NCBI GenBank assembly: GCA_051252135.1
Contig: JBPOGH010000001.1
Coordinates: 64,001-128,000, forward strand
Reading direction: 5' to 3'
Length of the DNA stretch: 64,000 bases
From: Verrucomicrobiaceae bacterium
Lineage (GTDB): Bacteria > Verrucomicrobiota > Verrucomicrobiia > Verrucomicrobiales > Akkermansiaceae
Shown: positions 21,803 to 31,376 of the stretch, piece by piece
Position numbering within the stretch: position 1 is the stretch's first letter
Layout of the letters: each line of letters opens with the position of its first letter
Made by a program: the position numbers and the translations under genes
Notes under the pieces: model-generated
The model's database searches: none
The model's input: only the letters and a program-made list of their open reading frames with translations
Told to the model about the DNA's origin: nothing

Positions 21803-22899
21803 ACTCCGTGTTTTTCGTGCCACTCTTTGTAGACGACGGGGGAGATTTCCGAGGGTTTGATTTCGGAACGGCCGCCCCAGAAGACGTTGGTGTAGGAGAC
21901 GGGGATGCCGATGGATTCGAGGTGTTTGTCGATGGCGGCTTTGTGCTCGAGGACTTTGGGTTTTTCGGTGCCGTGGACGACTCCCATGATGTTGACGTTT
22001 CCGAATTGGGGGCCGCCTTCGCGCCAGTAGGCGTGGGTCATGCAGTGGTGACGACCGACCTCGCCGCCGGCTTCCTGTTCACGTCCTTTGGGGACGGCCC
22101 AGTGGAAGAGTCCGTTGAAGCGGGTGACGCGGGTGCCGGTCTCGGATGGTTTAACGTGCTCGAGGAAGGTGGAGAAGCGGCCGATGACTTTTTTCTCGTC
22201 GAGTTGCTTGGCGACCTCGCAGAACCGTTTGAGGGAGACTCCGGCTTTTTCGGCGCGGGCGTCCCAGCAGTTTTGGACGATTTCGTGGGGCTCGAGTTCT
22301 TCCTTGAGGGCGAGGAGGACGGTCCATTCCTCGTCGTCGAGCTCGACAACGGTGGTGGTCATCATTTCCGCCGGGGCGTCGATTTTAGCGCCGGGCTCGA
22401 GGCCTTTACGGCGGACGTGGCCGACTCCGAGGGCGAAGACGCCATTGGCGGGCATGAGGATGAATTCGTCCGCGCCGACGATGCGCTTGAGGACGTTGCC
22501 GTGCTCTTCGAGGGATTCGCCTTGGGGGACCTTGAGGGTGGTCCAGAGGCGGTAACCGGAGCCGGAGATTTGGCCATCGGTGGAGCGGATGACGACGTGG
22601 CCGGAGAAGGGATCTTCTTTGGCCATGAAGTCGAAGGCGTCGTTGAGTTTTTCCTCGGGGAGTTTCCAGGCGACGAGGGCGCCGTGGGCGAGCTTGGTGG
22701 AGAGGAGGGTTTGGCGGACACGGCGGATGACTCCAGCTTCGACCATGGCGCTGATGCGCTTGAGGACGGTTTCGAGCGGGACGCCGGATTCTTGGGCGAT
22801 GATGGAGAAGGGATCGTTTTGGAATCCGGAAACCAGGTCCTCGGAGACGCTGAGGATCTGGGCGTTGATGGGGTCGTCGTGTTCGGTGGGAATGCTCAT
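21799..22899 (-). CDS. Tandem Lrp/AsnC-fold protein; fused siroheme decarboxylase AhbA-AhbB (NirDL)-like
   Basis: Two HTH+AsnC units; GHVVIR..YRLWTTL and THAYWR..NIMGVVHG correspond to the Ahb/Nir HxYxR motifs. Confidence 0.75.
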   Translation of the reverse strand: MSIPTEHDDPINAQILSVSEDLVSGFQNDPFSIIAQESGVPLETVLKRISAMVEAGVIRRVRQTLLSTKLAHGALVAWKLPEEKLNDAFDFMAKEDPFSGHVVIRSTDGQISGSGYRLWTTLKVPQGESLEEHGNVLKRIVGADEFILMPANGVFALGVGHVRRKGLEPGAKIDAPAEMMTTTVVELDDEEWTVLLALKEELEPHEIVQNCWDARAEKAGVSLKRFCEVAKQLDEKKVIGRFSTFLEHVKPSETGTRVTRFNGLFHWAVPKGREQEAGGEVGRHHCMTHAYWREGGPQFGNVNIMGVVHGTEKPKVLEHKAAIDKHLESIGIPVSYTNVFWGGRSEIKPSEISPVVYKEWHEKHGV

Positions 22900-24224
22900 G
22901 AAATTGGTGGTAGTGCTCTTACGAAGGCGAGGGCTTGGTCTTTGTCAGAAAGTCGGCCTTCCAGTTGTTCGGTTTGGACGGCGCGGAGGATTTCGCCGAT
23001 TTGGGGGCCGGGGGGAAGTCCAATCTCATCCATGAGCTCACGTCCGTTGAGGAGGGGCTTGGGGATGAGGGGTTGATTGGCGAATTCTTCCTTTTTGAGG
23101 AGGAGGAAGTCGTAGTTGTCGCGGAAGCCATTGCTGCTGTCGCAATCGACCCGGTGGAGTTCGATCTCGAGGGGGAAGGTGTCGGCCGACATGAAGCGCT
23201 TGAGCTTGGCGACGCGCATGTCCTGGACGTGCATGAAGCGCATGTGGCGCGAGACCATGAAGGCGACCTCGTCGATTACTTTATTGGAGTAGCGGAGGCG
23301 CTTGAGGATGACCTCAGCCATTTCGGCTCCGACTTTATCGTGGCCGTTGAAGCGGTGGCGTTCCTGTTCCTCGTCCCAGGTTTGGGTGGCGGGCTTTCCG
23401 ATGTCGTGGAGGAGGACGGCGAGGCAGAGATTGAGCGGGGCTTCGTTGAGGAGAGAGAGGGCGATGCGGGTGTGGACGTAGACGTCGCCCTCGGGATGCC
23501 ACTGAGGAGGTTGTTCACAGCCGATGAGGTCGAGGAGTTCGGGGAAGAAGACCTTGGCCATGCCGGTATCGACGAGGAGGTCGAGTCCGCGGGCGCGGTC
23601 CTTGGCGTGGATGATGCGGGAGAACTCGTCGCGGATGCGCTCGGGGGAAATTTTCTCGAGGAGGTGGGCGTTCTCGCTGAGGGCGGCGAGGGTGATTTCT
23701 TCGATCTCGACTCCGGTCTCGGTGGCGAAGCGGACGGCGCGGAGGAGGCGGAGGGCGTCCTCCTGGAAGCGGTCGCGGGGGACGCCGATGGCGCGGAGGA
23801 TGCCGGCTTCGAGGTCAGCGCGGCCGCCGACGAAGTCGATGATCTCACCGGTGAAGGGGTCTTCGAAGAGGCCGTTCATGGTGAAGTCCCGGCGTTGGGC
23901 GTCTTCCTCGGGGGTGGAGAAGACGACGGAGTCGGGGTGGCGGCCGTCCTGATAGACGCCATCGGACCGGAAAGTGGCGACCTCGATGGCGTTGCGATTT
24001 TCTTTTACGAGGATGACGCCGAAGTGCTCGCCGACGGCATCGCTTCGGGGGAAGAGGGCCTGGACTTCCTTTGGGGTGGCGGAAGTGGCGAGATCGTAAT
24101 CCTTGGGAACGCGTCCGAGCAGGCGGTCACGCACCGCGCCTCCTGCGTAGAAGACGGTGTGTCCGGCATCGCGCAGCACGGTGGCAGTGCGGAGGGCGAG
24201 ATCGGCTTGAGGGTGATCGCTCAC
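22896..24224 (-). CDS. cca: CCA tRNA nucleotidyltransferase with HD domain
   Basis: GGAVRD, DYDLAT, RRDFTMN, EDALRLLRAVRF, HPEGDV, LHDIGKP. Confidence 0.93.
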   Translation of the reverse strand: MSDHPQADLALRTATVLRDAGHTVFYAGGAVRDRLLGRVPKDYDLATSATPKEVQALFPRSDAVGEHFGVILVKENRNAIEVATFRSDGVYQDGRHPDSVVFSTPEEDAQRRDFTMNGLFEDPFTGEIIDFVGGRADLEAGILRAIGVPRDRFQEDALRLLRAVRFATETGVEIEEITLAALSENAHLLEKISPERIRDEFSRIIHAKDRARGLDLLVDTGMAKVFFPELLDLIGCEQPPQWHPEGDVYVHTRIALSLLNEAPLNLCLAVLLHDIGKPATQTWDEEQERHRFNGHDKVGAEMAEVILKRLRYSNKVIDEVAFMVSRHMRFMHVQDMRVAKLKRFMSADTFPLEIELHRVDCDSSNGFRDNYDFLLLKKEEFANQPLIPKPLLNGRELMDEIGLPPGPQIGEILRAVQTEQLEGRLSDKDQALAFVRALPPIS

Positions 24225-24320
24225 GGGGGGAGGCTAACTTTGATTGGTAAAAGGTGAAGAGGGAATTGTGAGGGGAATATTGGAGGTCGATTTTTCCGGG
24301 GTGGCGGGTAGGTTTTCGGG

Positions 24321-25436
24321 GTGCTTCAGGTATGGCAAAACGAGGTGATGGGACTTGGGATTCTTCTCATGGGGCTGTGTGTGGGGTCGTTCTTGAATGT
24401 GGCGATCTATCGGCTGCCGCGGGGGCTTTCGGTGAATGAGCCGAAACGGTCGTTTTGTCCGCATTGCAAGACCCAGCTGCCGGCGTGGCAGAATATTCCG
24501 GTGATCACGTGGCTGATTCAGCGGGGGAAGTGCAAGAGCTGCGGGGCACCGATCGCGGTGCGGTATCTGTTGGTGGAGGTGCTGACGGGGGCGCTGTTTT
24601 TTGCGTGCTGGACGGTGTTTCCGATGGGTGGGGCGATTTTGGCGATCGTGATGCTGACGATTTTGGTGACGGTGTCGTTTATCGACGCGGAGCATCAGGT
24701 GATTCCGATTACGTGGACGGGTGCGGGGTCGGTGATTGCGGTGGTGGGAGCATTCTTTTCGAGTGATCTTTTGAGTTTTCTGGGGACCCAGTGGAGTCGT
24801 TATTTACCCGGAGGGATGGATGCGGCGGTGCTGGGCTGGGTGGCGGGATTTGGGACGCTTTGGTTGGTGGTGCTTCTGGGGAAGATGGCCTTTGGGCGGA
24901 AGAAGCATGTTTTTGACAAGCCGCTGCCGTGGAGCGTGGTGGAAGGGCATGGGGATGATCCGCAGATTCATTTCATGCTGGAGGAGGATCCGCACTCGTG
25001 GGACGAGTTGTTTTTTCGGGACTCAGATGAGCTGATTGTGACGGGGCATTCGTTCAAGGTGGACGGGCAGCGGGTGGCGGGGAAGGAGCTGATTCTGCAT
25101 CGTGATTTCTTCACCGTGGGGAGTGAGCGATGGGAGATGGAGGCATTGAAATCGCTGGAAGGGAAAGCGGAGCAAGTGGTGATTCCGCGTGAGGCGATGG
25201 GGAACGGCGATCCGCACTTGTTGGGAATGATTGGGGCGTTTTTGGGGTGGCAGGCGGTGCTCTTTACGATCTTTGCGAGTTCGATTTACGCGATTGTGGC
25301 GGCGATTGTGGCGCGAGTGGGTTTTGGGAAACCGCTGCCGTATGGACCGTTCTTGGCCTTAGGTGCGGTGACTTGGTTGTTTGGCGGGTGGAAATGGTGG
25401 GTGGTTTATTTTGAGGCGTTGCGGGTGGGCCTGTGA
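24321..25436 (+). CDS. pilD: Prepilin peptidase (A24) with internal soluble insertion
   Basis: GSFLNVAIYRLP, CPHC/CKSC Zn site, FIDAEH, MGNGD, PYGPFL. Confidence 0.9.
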   Translation: MLQVWQNEVMGLGILLMGLCVGSFLNVAIYRLPRGLSVNEPKRSFCPHCKTQLPAWQNIPVITWLIQRGKCKSCGAPIAVRYLLVEVLTGALFFACWTVFPMGGAILAIVMLTILVTVSFIDAEHQVIPITWTGAGSVIAVVGAFFSSDLLSFLGTQWSRYLPGGMDAAVLGWVAGFGTLWLVVLLGKMAFGRKKHVFDKPLPWSVVEGHGDDPQIHFMLEEDPHSWDELFFRDSDELIVTGHSFKVDGQRVAGKELILHRDFFTVGSERWEMEALKSLEGKAEQVVIPREAMGNGDPHLLGMIGAFLGWQAVLFTIFASSIYAIVAAIVARVGFGKPLPYGPFLALGAVTWLFGGWKWWVVYFEALRVGL

Positions 25437-25594
25437 TGTGGAGTGGCTGGGAGCGACGAGCTAGCGAGCAACGAGCGGGTGAGCTTTTTTAGGAGCTTGG
25501 GGGATGGGCCTGGAAGGAGGGAGGAGAGAAGATTTTCAAAAGGGGGACAAAAACAATTGCAATGAGCGGGGCGGGGTGATTTCTTCGCGGCGCT

Positions 25595-25681
25595 GCGCGC
25601 GTGGCGGAATTGGTAGACGCGCATGATTCAGGTTCATGTGTCCGCAAGGACGTGGAGGTTCGATTCCTCTCGCGCGCACCA
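25595..25681 (+). tRNA. tRNA-Leu (CAG)
   Basis: GCGCGCG acceptor, D-loop GGAATTGGTAGAC, anticodon loop TT-CAG-GT, long variable arm, GGTTCGATTCC, encoded CCA. Confidence 0.97.
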
Positions 25682-25754
25682 TTTCTCACTTTGGACAGGA
25701 GTTTGAGATATCGAATCGCAATTGGGTGATTCGTGAGGTAGAAATAAGGGAATC

Positions 25755-27179
25755 GTGAACTCTCGGAATTCCATCTCAGCCATTATTGGCGCACTCATGG
25801 TGTTGTTGGCTCTCTGGGGTTTGTTTGAGAGGAGTGGCTGGCTTGAGGGCGCTGATGGGAAGGATGAGGAAGCAGCAGAGGCGAAGAGAGTTTCAGATCG
25901 ATCGGCGTTTGATGAATTGGATGCCGATGTAAGCAATTCGGAGGCTCAACGGTTGCTCTCGGAGTTGGACGAGGCGGCGGAGCGTTGGTGGGAGGAGAAC
26001 AGGGAGCTGTTTGATTACTCTGGAGATACGGAGATAAATTTTAAGTTGGGATTCAAGCACTCGAAGGATTGGAGTGATGCTCAGGTTGAGGCGGTAGCGA
26101 AGTATGTCTTGTCCTCGGATGATGTTGGTGATGGGTCGGGATTAATGAAGGGAGTGTTTGCGCAGTGGGGGAGTCGAGATTTTGAAAGTGCTCTCGAGAA
26201 TCTGCTTGGAATTCATACTTTCCACGATGTTGGGATTCAGGATGATCCGTTTGCTGAACCCGATGGTCCACCGAGAGACTTGACCGTTCATCCCTATCGG
26301 CCACTTGGAGATATGGCTTATGTGGGGATTTTCAGAGGCGAGAAAAGTTCGAAAAAAGCTTGGGAGGTTTTTAAGAAGCACGCTGAGGAATTCGGCGGCT
26401 ACGGGCAGTTTGCTCGTGTCGACTATGAAATTATTGGCGATGTTTTTGGGCGATTTGTTCAAGATTATCCGAGGCTGGCTCTGGAAGAATTTTTTGAGGT
26501 CGGAAACGACGATCGGCAAGATTTAATGGCATCTCAAGTGGTGAAGGAAGATGGGGGGCAGTATGATTGGGCTGAGATTTTGAAACGTTATTCGAGTGGT
26601 TCAAATGCCAAGAATACAACAAGTGTTTCAGCGACTCATAACCTATTGATGGGGAGATGGCTTCAAGAAGATGTGGCAGCTGCAGAACGTTGGTGGGTTG
26701 AGGAGGCTCCGCTTGCTTATTCCAGATATTCGAAATCCTTGGAGAAGGCAGAATCCAAGGGACTCGACCTGCGCTTCGAGACGGATGTTGTTCCTTTGGG
26801 GGTTCCAGCTGCGAATTGGTATTTGTCTGATCCAAGGGGAGCGGTGAATTGGGCGAAGGGGAAAGCTCGCTTGGGTGACGAGTCCAATGTCGGCCATTTC
26901 GTAAGCTCGATACTCCGGCTACAGCTACGGTCTCAGCACAGTGAGAGTGATCTCCCGTTGGTGTTGAGTGAACTCGTTGGTGCGTTTCCTGAAAAGGATC
27001 AACGGGGTAAGGTTTTAGAAAGTTTCAATCGGTCGAATAACTTTCACCCCTCTCGCTATTTTCACAGAGACCATGAATCGTCTTCTCGAGCCATCGAAAT
27101 GTTCGAATCTATGGATCTTCCGGAGGAAAGCAGAGAGTTGCTTTTGGGGCGAGTTCGGAGGCGTTTGGAGAGGGAATAA
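25755..27179 (+). CDS. Hypothetical membrane-anchored protein, lower GC
   Basis: 474-aa ORF, N-terminal TM, recurring W-x3-D-x3-A helical motif. Confidence 0.7.
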   Translation: MNSRNSISAIIGALMVLLALWGLFERSGWLEGADGKDEEAAEAKRVSDRSAFDELDADVSNSEAQRLLSELDEAAERWWEENRELFDYSGDTEINFKLGFKHSKDWSDAQVEAVAKYVLSSDDVGDGSGLMKGVFAQWGSRDFESALENLLGIHTFHDVGIQDDPFAEPDGPPRDLTVHPYRPLGDMAYVGIFRGEKSSKKAWEVFKKHAEEFGGYGQFARVDYEIIGDVFGRFVQDYPRLALEEFFEVGNDDRQDLMASQVVKEDGGQYDWAEILKRYSSGSNAKNTTSVSATHNLLMGRWLQEDVAAAERWWVEEAPLAYSRYSKSLEKAESKGLDLRFETDVVPLGVPAANWYLSDPRGAVNWAKGKARLGDESNVGHFVSSILRLQLRSQHSESDLPLVLSELVGAFPEKDQRGKVLESFNRSNNFHPSRYFHRDHESSSRAIEMFESMDLPEESRELLLGRVRRRLERE

Positions 27180-27362
27180 AGGAGGTGGAAAGCTGGGGAG
27201 TGAAGGAGTTTGAGATTGACGGTAAAAACTGGAACCAAGGATTGAGGTGGGAAAGGGTGACTTATTCACAATGGGGAGAGCTGAGGAACATTCGTCTTGC
27301 TCCGGTGGGGCTGGTGGCTTAGCCCTCGGGCGGGTCGTTTCATGGCCCAATACATCACGATT

Positions 27363-28907
27363 ATGGCTATCGCACGCGCGCTTCTGTCTGTTTCCGACAA
27401 ATCCGGTTTGGTTGATTTTGCAAAGTCCCTTCATGAGGACTATGGGGTGGAGCTCCTTTCTACCGGGGGCACAGCTGCGGCACTTCGGGAGGCCGGGCTT
27501 CCGGTGCAAGATGTGGCGGAATACACGGGAGCACCTGAGCTTTTTGAAGGTCGGCTGAAGACTCTTCACCCGAAGGTGCACGGAGGACTCCTCCAGCGTC
27601 GTGACAGTGATTCCCATATTGCCCAGGGGAAGAAGCACAACATTCCCACGATCGATTTGGTGGTGGTGAATCTTTATCCTTTTGAGCAGACGGTTGAGAA
27701 AGAGGGAGTGACGCTGGAAGAGGCGATTGAGAATATCGACATTGGCGGTCCTTCGATGCTGCGCAGTGCTTCCAAGAATTACGCGGCAGTGACGGTGGTG
27801 ACCGATCCGGGTGATTATGGTCGGGTGCTGGAAGAGATGGAGGAGCACAGTGGCGATACTTCCCTGCGGTTGCGCGAGGAGCTGGCGATCAAGGTGTTTC
27901 GGCGGACTTCGGAGTATGACGGCGCCATTTCGAACTTCCTCGGGAAGTGCGATCAGGGAACGGCTTGTAGTTTTTCGGTGAATCTTCCGCTCGACCGCGA
28001 TCTGCGCTACGGGGACAACCCACACCAGAAATCGCGTCTTTATGGAGCGTTTGGGGAGTGTTTTACGCAGCTGCAGGGGAAAGAGCTGAGCTACACGAAC
28101 ATTTTGGATGTCGAGGCGGCGGCGGATTTGATTTTGGATTACCGTCGTCCGACCGTGGCGATTCTGAAGCACACCAACCCGTGCGGGGTGGGGCAGGATG
28201 ATGATGATCTCCGGGTGGCGTGGGAAAAGGCCTTTGAGACCGATCGTCAGGCGCCCTTTGGCGGAGTGATCGTGACGAACCGTCCGCTGACCGAGGGGTT
28301 GGCGCGGATCATTTCCGGAATTTTTACCGACGTGATCATTGCACCCGACTACGAGCCTGAGGCCCGCGCGATCCTTCAGAAGAAGAAGAACCTTCGTCTG
28401 ATGAAGCTTGAAGAGGGTTACGAGAAGTATCGCAAGGCTCCGGTGGTGCGTTCTTCGCCAGGTGGATTGATGGTGATGGATAAGGATCACACCGTGATGG
28501 GTCTTGATGATTTGGAGACCAAGGTGGTGACCAAGCGTCCTCCGACAGAAAAGGAGATGCTTGCGATGCGCTTTGCGTGGCGGGTGGTGAAGCATGTGAA
28601 GTCGAACGCGATCGTCTTCAGCTCCTCGGACCGGACGCTCGGCATTGGCGCCGGCCAGATGAGCCGGGTGGATTCCTCCCGGATTGCGGTTTGGAAGGCC
28701 AAAGAGGCCGGACTTTCTCTCAAAGGGAGCGTGATTGCTTCAGACGGACTGTTTCCGTTCGCGGACGGACTTGATGCCGCGATTGAAGCGGGGGCAACGG
28801 CGTGCATTCAACCGGGTGGCTCGATTCGGGATGAGGAAGTGATTGCAGCTGCTGATGCGGCTGGTCTTGCGATGGTCTTCACGGGACATCGTCATTTTAA
28901 GCACTAG
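27363..28907 (+). CDS. purH: Bifunctional AICAR transformylase / IMP cyclohydrolase
   Basis: RALLSVSDKSG, KTLHPKVHGG, IDIGGP, RYGDNPHQ, KHTNPCG, GAGQMSRVDS, RHFKH. Confidence 0.97.
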   Translation: MAIARALLSVSDKSGLVDFAKSLHEDYGVELLSTGGTAAALREAGLPVQDVAEYTGAPELFEGRLKTLHPKVHGGLLQRRDSDSHIAQGKKHNIPTIDLVVVNLYPFEQTVEKEGVTLEEAIENIDIGGPSMLRSASKNYAAVTVVTDPGDYGRVLEEMEEHSGDTSLRLREELAIKVFRRTSEYDGAISNFLGKCDQGTACSFSVNLPLDRDLRYGDNPHQKSRLYGAFGECFTQLQGKELSYTNILDVEAAADLILDYRRPTVAILKHTNPCGVGQDDDDLRVAWEKAFETDRQAPFGGVIVTNRPLTEGLARIISGIFTDVIIAPDYEPEARAILQKKKNLRLMKLEEGYEKYRKAPVVRSSPGGLMVMDKDHTVMGLDDLETKVVTKRPPTEKEMLAMRFAWRVVKHVKSNAIVFSSSDRTLGIGAGQMSRVDSSRIAVWKAKEAGLSLKGSVIASDGLFPFADGLDAAIEAGATACIQPGGSIRDEEVIAAADAAGLAMVFTGHRHFKH

Positions 28908-28938
28908 AAATAGGGGCGTTTGGCCTTACACTCGGACC

Positions 28939-29694
28939 ATGAGCTTATTGCTGGGCGTTAATATCGACCATGTGGCCACGCTTCGGCAGGCCCGTTATGC
29001 ATTGAATGGAGATGCTCCCATCGTAGAGCCGAGTGTGCTGGAAGCGGCGCGGGAGGCGCAGGCGGGTGGGGCGGACTCGATTACGATCCACGTGCGCGAG
29101 GATCGGCGACACATGCAGGTGGAGGATGCCTGGCTAATCCGGAAAGAGATCGATCTGCCGCTGAATTTGGAAATGGCGAATACGGAGGCGATGTTGGCCT
29201 TCGCGTGTGAATTGAAGCCGGACTTCGTATGCCTCGTTCCGGAGAGCAGGGAAGAGGTGACCACGGAGGGTGGGCTGGATGTGACGGGAAATTTTGATGC
29301 GCTGCAGGGGACGATTTCGACTCTTCAAGAGGCGGGAATCAAGGTGAGCTTGTTCATCGATCCGGAGCCTGAGCAGATCATTGCGGCGGCGAAATTGGGG
29401 GCGGAAATGATCGAGTTGCACACGGGCGCGTTCGCTCTGGCCCGGGGTGAAAGTTATTCACAGGAACTCACAAGGCTTCAACAGGGAGCTGATTTGGGTG
29501 CCGAGCTGGGATTGCAGGTGAATGCAGGGCACGGCGTTCATTATGAGAATATTAACGATGTTTTTTCCGTAAAAAACCTCACCGAGTTGAACGTGGGTCA
29601 TGCGTTGATTGCGCGGGCGATCTTTGTGGGTTTGCGCAAGGCGGTCTCGGAGATGAAGCTCCTGATGGCGGCCTATCCGGGAGGTGGCGAGTGA
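28939..29694 (+). CDS. pdxJ: Pyridoxine 5'-phosphate synthase
   Basis: LGVNIDHVATLRQAR, HVREDRRH, TTEGG, IELHTG, NAGHG. Confidence 0.96.
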   Translation: MSLLLGVNIDHVATLRQARYALNGDAPIVEPSVLEAAREAQAGGADSITIHVREDRRHMQVEDAWLIRKEIDLPLNLEMANTEAMLAFACELKPDFVCLVPESREEVTTEGGLDVTGNFDALQGTISTLQEAGIKVSLFIDPEPEQIIAAAKLGAEMIELHTGAFALARGESYSQELTRLQQGADLGAELGLQVNAGHGVHYENINDVFSVKNLTELNVGHALIARAIFVGLRKAVSEMKLLMAAYPGGGE

Positions 29695-30074
29695 AGCTGA
29701 TCGGGATCGGGATTGACGTGGTCGAAGTGGATCGGGTGCGGTCGTCCTGGGATGAATTCGGGGATCGTTTCGTGCAGCGGATCTTCACGGAGGCGGAGCG
29801 GGAATACTGCGATCGGCAGAAGCGTCCCGAGATTCATTATGCGGCGCGATTTGCGGCGAAAGAGGCGATTTCGAAAGCGCTCGGCACCGGAATTGGAAAA
29901 ACGATTGGTTGGCTTGATATGGAGATTGTGCGACTGGAGTCGGGCGAGCCTGAAGTTTTGCTGACGGGATCGGCCCGTGAATTTGCGGATTCCCGAGGAG
30001 TGACCGAAGTGAAAGTGAGTCTGACCCATGCCCAGCACTACGCGGCGGCGAATGCGGTGGTGATGGGAGAGTAG
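29691..30074 (+). CDS. acpS: Holo-ACP synthase
   Basis: GIGIDVVE, ARFAAKEAISKALGTG, VSLTH; follows pdxJ. Confidence 0.95.
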   Translation: MKLIGIGIDVVEVDRVRSSWDEFGDRFVQRIFTEAEREYCDRQKRPEIHYAARFAAKEAISKALGTGIGKTIGWLDMEIVRLESGEPEVLLTGSAREFADSRGVTEVKVSLTHAQHYAAANAVVMGE

Positions 30075-30162
30075 GTGAGCTTTCCTGATTGATGGGGCAT
30101 GGTGATAATTGCCGATGTCTGATATTATTGACTTTTGAACAAAATGGGGCAGAATTGTCCCG

Positions 30163-30771
30163 TTGAAACCGATTCCGTCAGCTGTTTTGCCTCCCAGGGA
30201 AGACTTGATCCAATGCAGTCAATGCTTTGGGACGGTGCGGGTGCCCGAGAGCCCTGTTTCGTTGAGCGGGCCTTGTCCATTTTGTGGAGCGAGGATTACG
30301 ACGCCGCAGAAGGCGCAGGCCTTGCCTCCGATTCCCAGTCGGGTTGAAGTGGTTCCCCCACAGCCTGTGCTGCAACAGGAGGAGCCTGCCGCGAATGTCG
30401 AGCGTCCGGCAGATGATCGTTGGGCGGCCCGAAATTTTGCCACCACGGTGGCTCAGCAAGAACGACCAAAATCAGAGGGCTCATCTGGGACCGCACGGGC
30501 CCAACCATTCCAGCGCTCGGGCGTTGTCCGTTTACAGCCATCGGACGGGACGCAGGGAAATCGTAAATTTATGGCTCAACCCGCGGTGCAATCGCGGCCT
30601 GTTGAGCAAGAAGAGGGCGGTCGACGGACGGGCTTGCGGATCGTGGCACTGCTGGGATTTCTTTTGATCGGTGGAGGCGGGGCCTATGTCGCAATTGAAA
30701 ATCGGGAGGTGCTTTTTGGGGAAGTGGAGAGTGGGCCGGTTGAACGTATCGTTTCCGAGACTCATCCGTGA
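30163..30771 (+). CDS. Hypothetical zinc-ribbon protein with C-terminal TM
   Basis: CSQC..CPFC, P/Q-rich linker, one hydrophobic helix; start uncertain. Confidence 0.65.
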   Translation: MKPIPSAVLPPREDLIQCSQCFGTVRVPESPVSLSGPCPFCGARITTPQKAQALPPIPSRVEVVPPQPVLQQEEPAANVERPADDRWAARNFATTVAQQERPKSEGSSGTARAQPFQRSGVVRLQPSDGTQGNRKFMAQPAVQSRPVEQEEGGRRTGLRIVALLGFLLIGGGGAYVAIENREVLFGEVESGPVERIVSETHP

Positions 30772-31376
30772 TCAATTCAATTGATGAGCTGGCAGGACCG
30801 CCGGGGTTGATTCTGGCCTCCGGATCGCCCCGACGGAGAGAGCTGCTCAAGAAGGCAGGAGTGATCTTTGAGATTGTTCTTCCCGAGGTTGAGGAACTTC
30901 CGGCAGGAGCGCTGCCAGCCCGCGAGCTGAGTCTTGAGAACGCGCGGATCAAGGCTCGCGCGGTGGCGGTTGATTTTCCTGATGCGATTGTGTTGGCATC
31001 AGACACCGTGGTGGCGTTGGGAGAAACGGTGTTTGGAAAGCCCGGATCACTGATGGAAGCCGCTGAAAATCTGCGGAGGTATCGGGGGAAGACCCAAGAG
31101 GTGATCACCGGGGTGGTTTTTCAACATGGTGAGCAGATCGAAGAGTTCATTGAGGTTTCCTATGTTAAATTTCGCGATTATTCCGACGAGGTGATCGAAA
31201 ACTATTTGGAGCGGGTGGACGTCCTGGACAAGGCGGGGGGATACGCGATTCAAGATCACGGAGATTGGTTGATTGAGAGTATTGAGGGTGATTATGACAA
31301 TATTGTGGGCTTGCCGCTTTCGAAGGTCCTCGCTCATTTGGAAAAAATGGGTTTTTCTTGTGGCGGAAACGGATGA
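30768..31376 (+). CDS. maf: Maf-family nucleoside triphosphate pyrophosphatase (YhdE type)
   Basis: LILASGSPRRRELL, ASDTVV, GKP, DKAGGYAIQ, IVGLP. Confidence 0.92.
   Translation: MINSIDELAGPPGLILASGSPRRRELLKKAGVIFEIVLPEVEELPAGALPARELSLENARIKARAVAVDFPDAIVLASDTVVALGETVFGKPGSLMEAAENLRRYRGKTQEVITGVVFQHGEQIEEFIEVSYVKFRDYSDEVIENYLERVDVLDKAGGYAIQDHGDWLIESIEGDYDNIVGLPLSKVLAHLEKMGFSCGGNG

Noticed and set aside
21808..24257. Long antisense ORFs (422 and 440 aa; similarly 16031-17113, 38765-39805, 41429-42715, 46839-48281, 27015-28595)
   Set aside because: They lie opposite clear housekeeping genes, show no motifs and have biased composition; these are codon-bias shadows
25451..25477. Short GAGC iterations upstream of the tRNA
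   Set aside because: Too short and irregular to distinguish from chance
25595..27360. Integrative element at tRNA-Leu
   Set aside because: No integrase and no duplicated tRNA 3' end seen
27180..27362. ZMP/ZTP riboswitch upstream of purH
   Set aside because: No GACUGGCG..GUGG..CCAC..CGCCUGGG pattern found by eye
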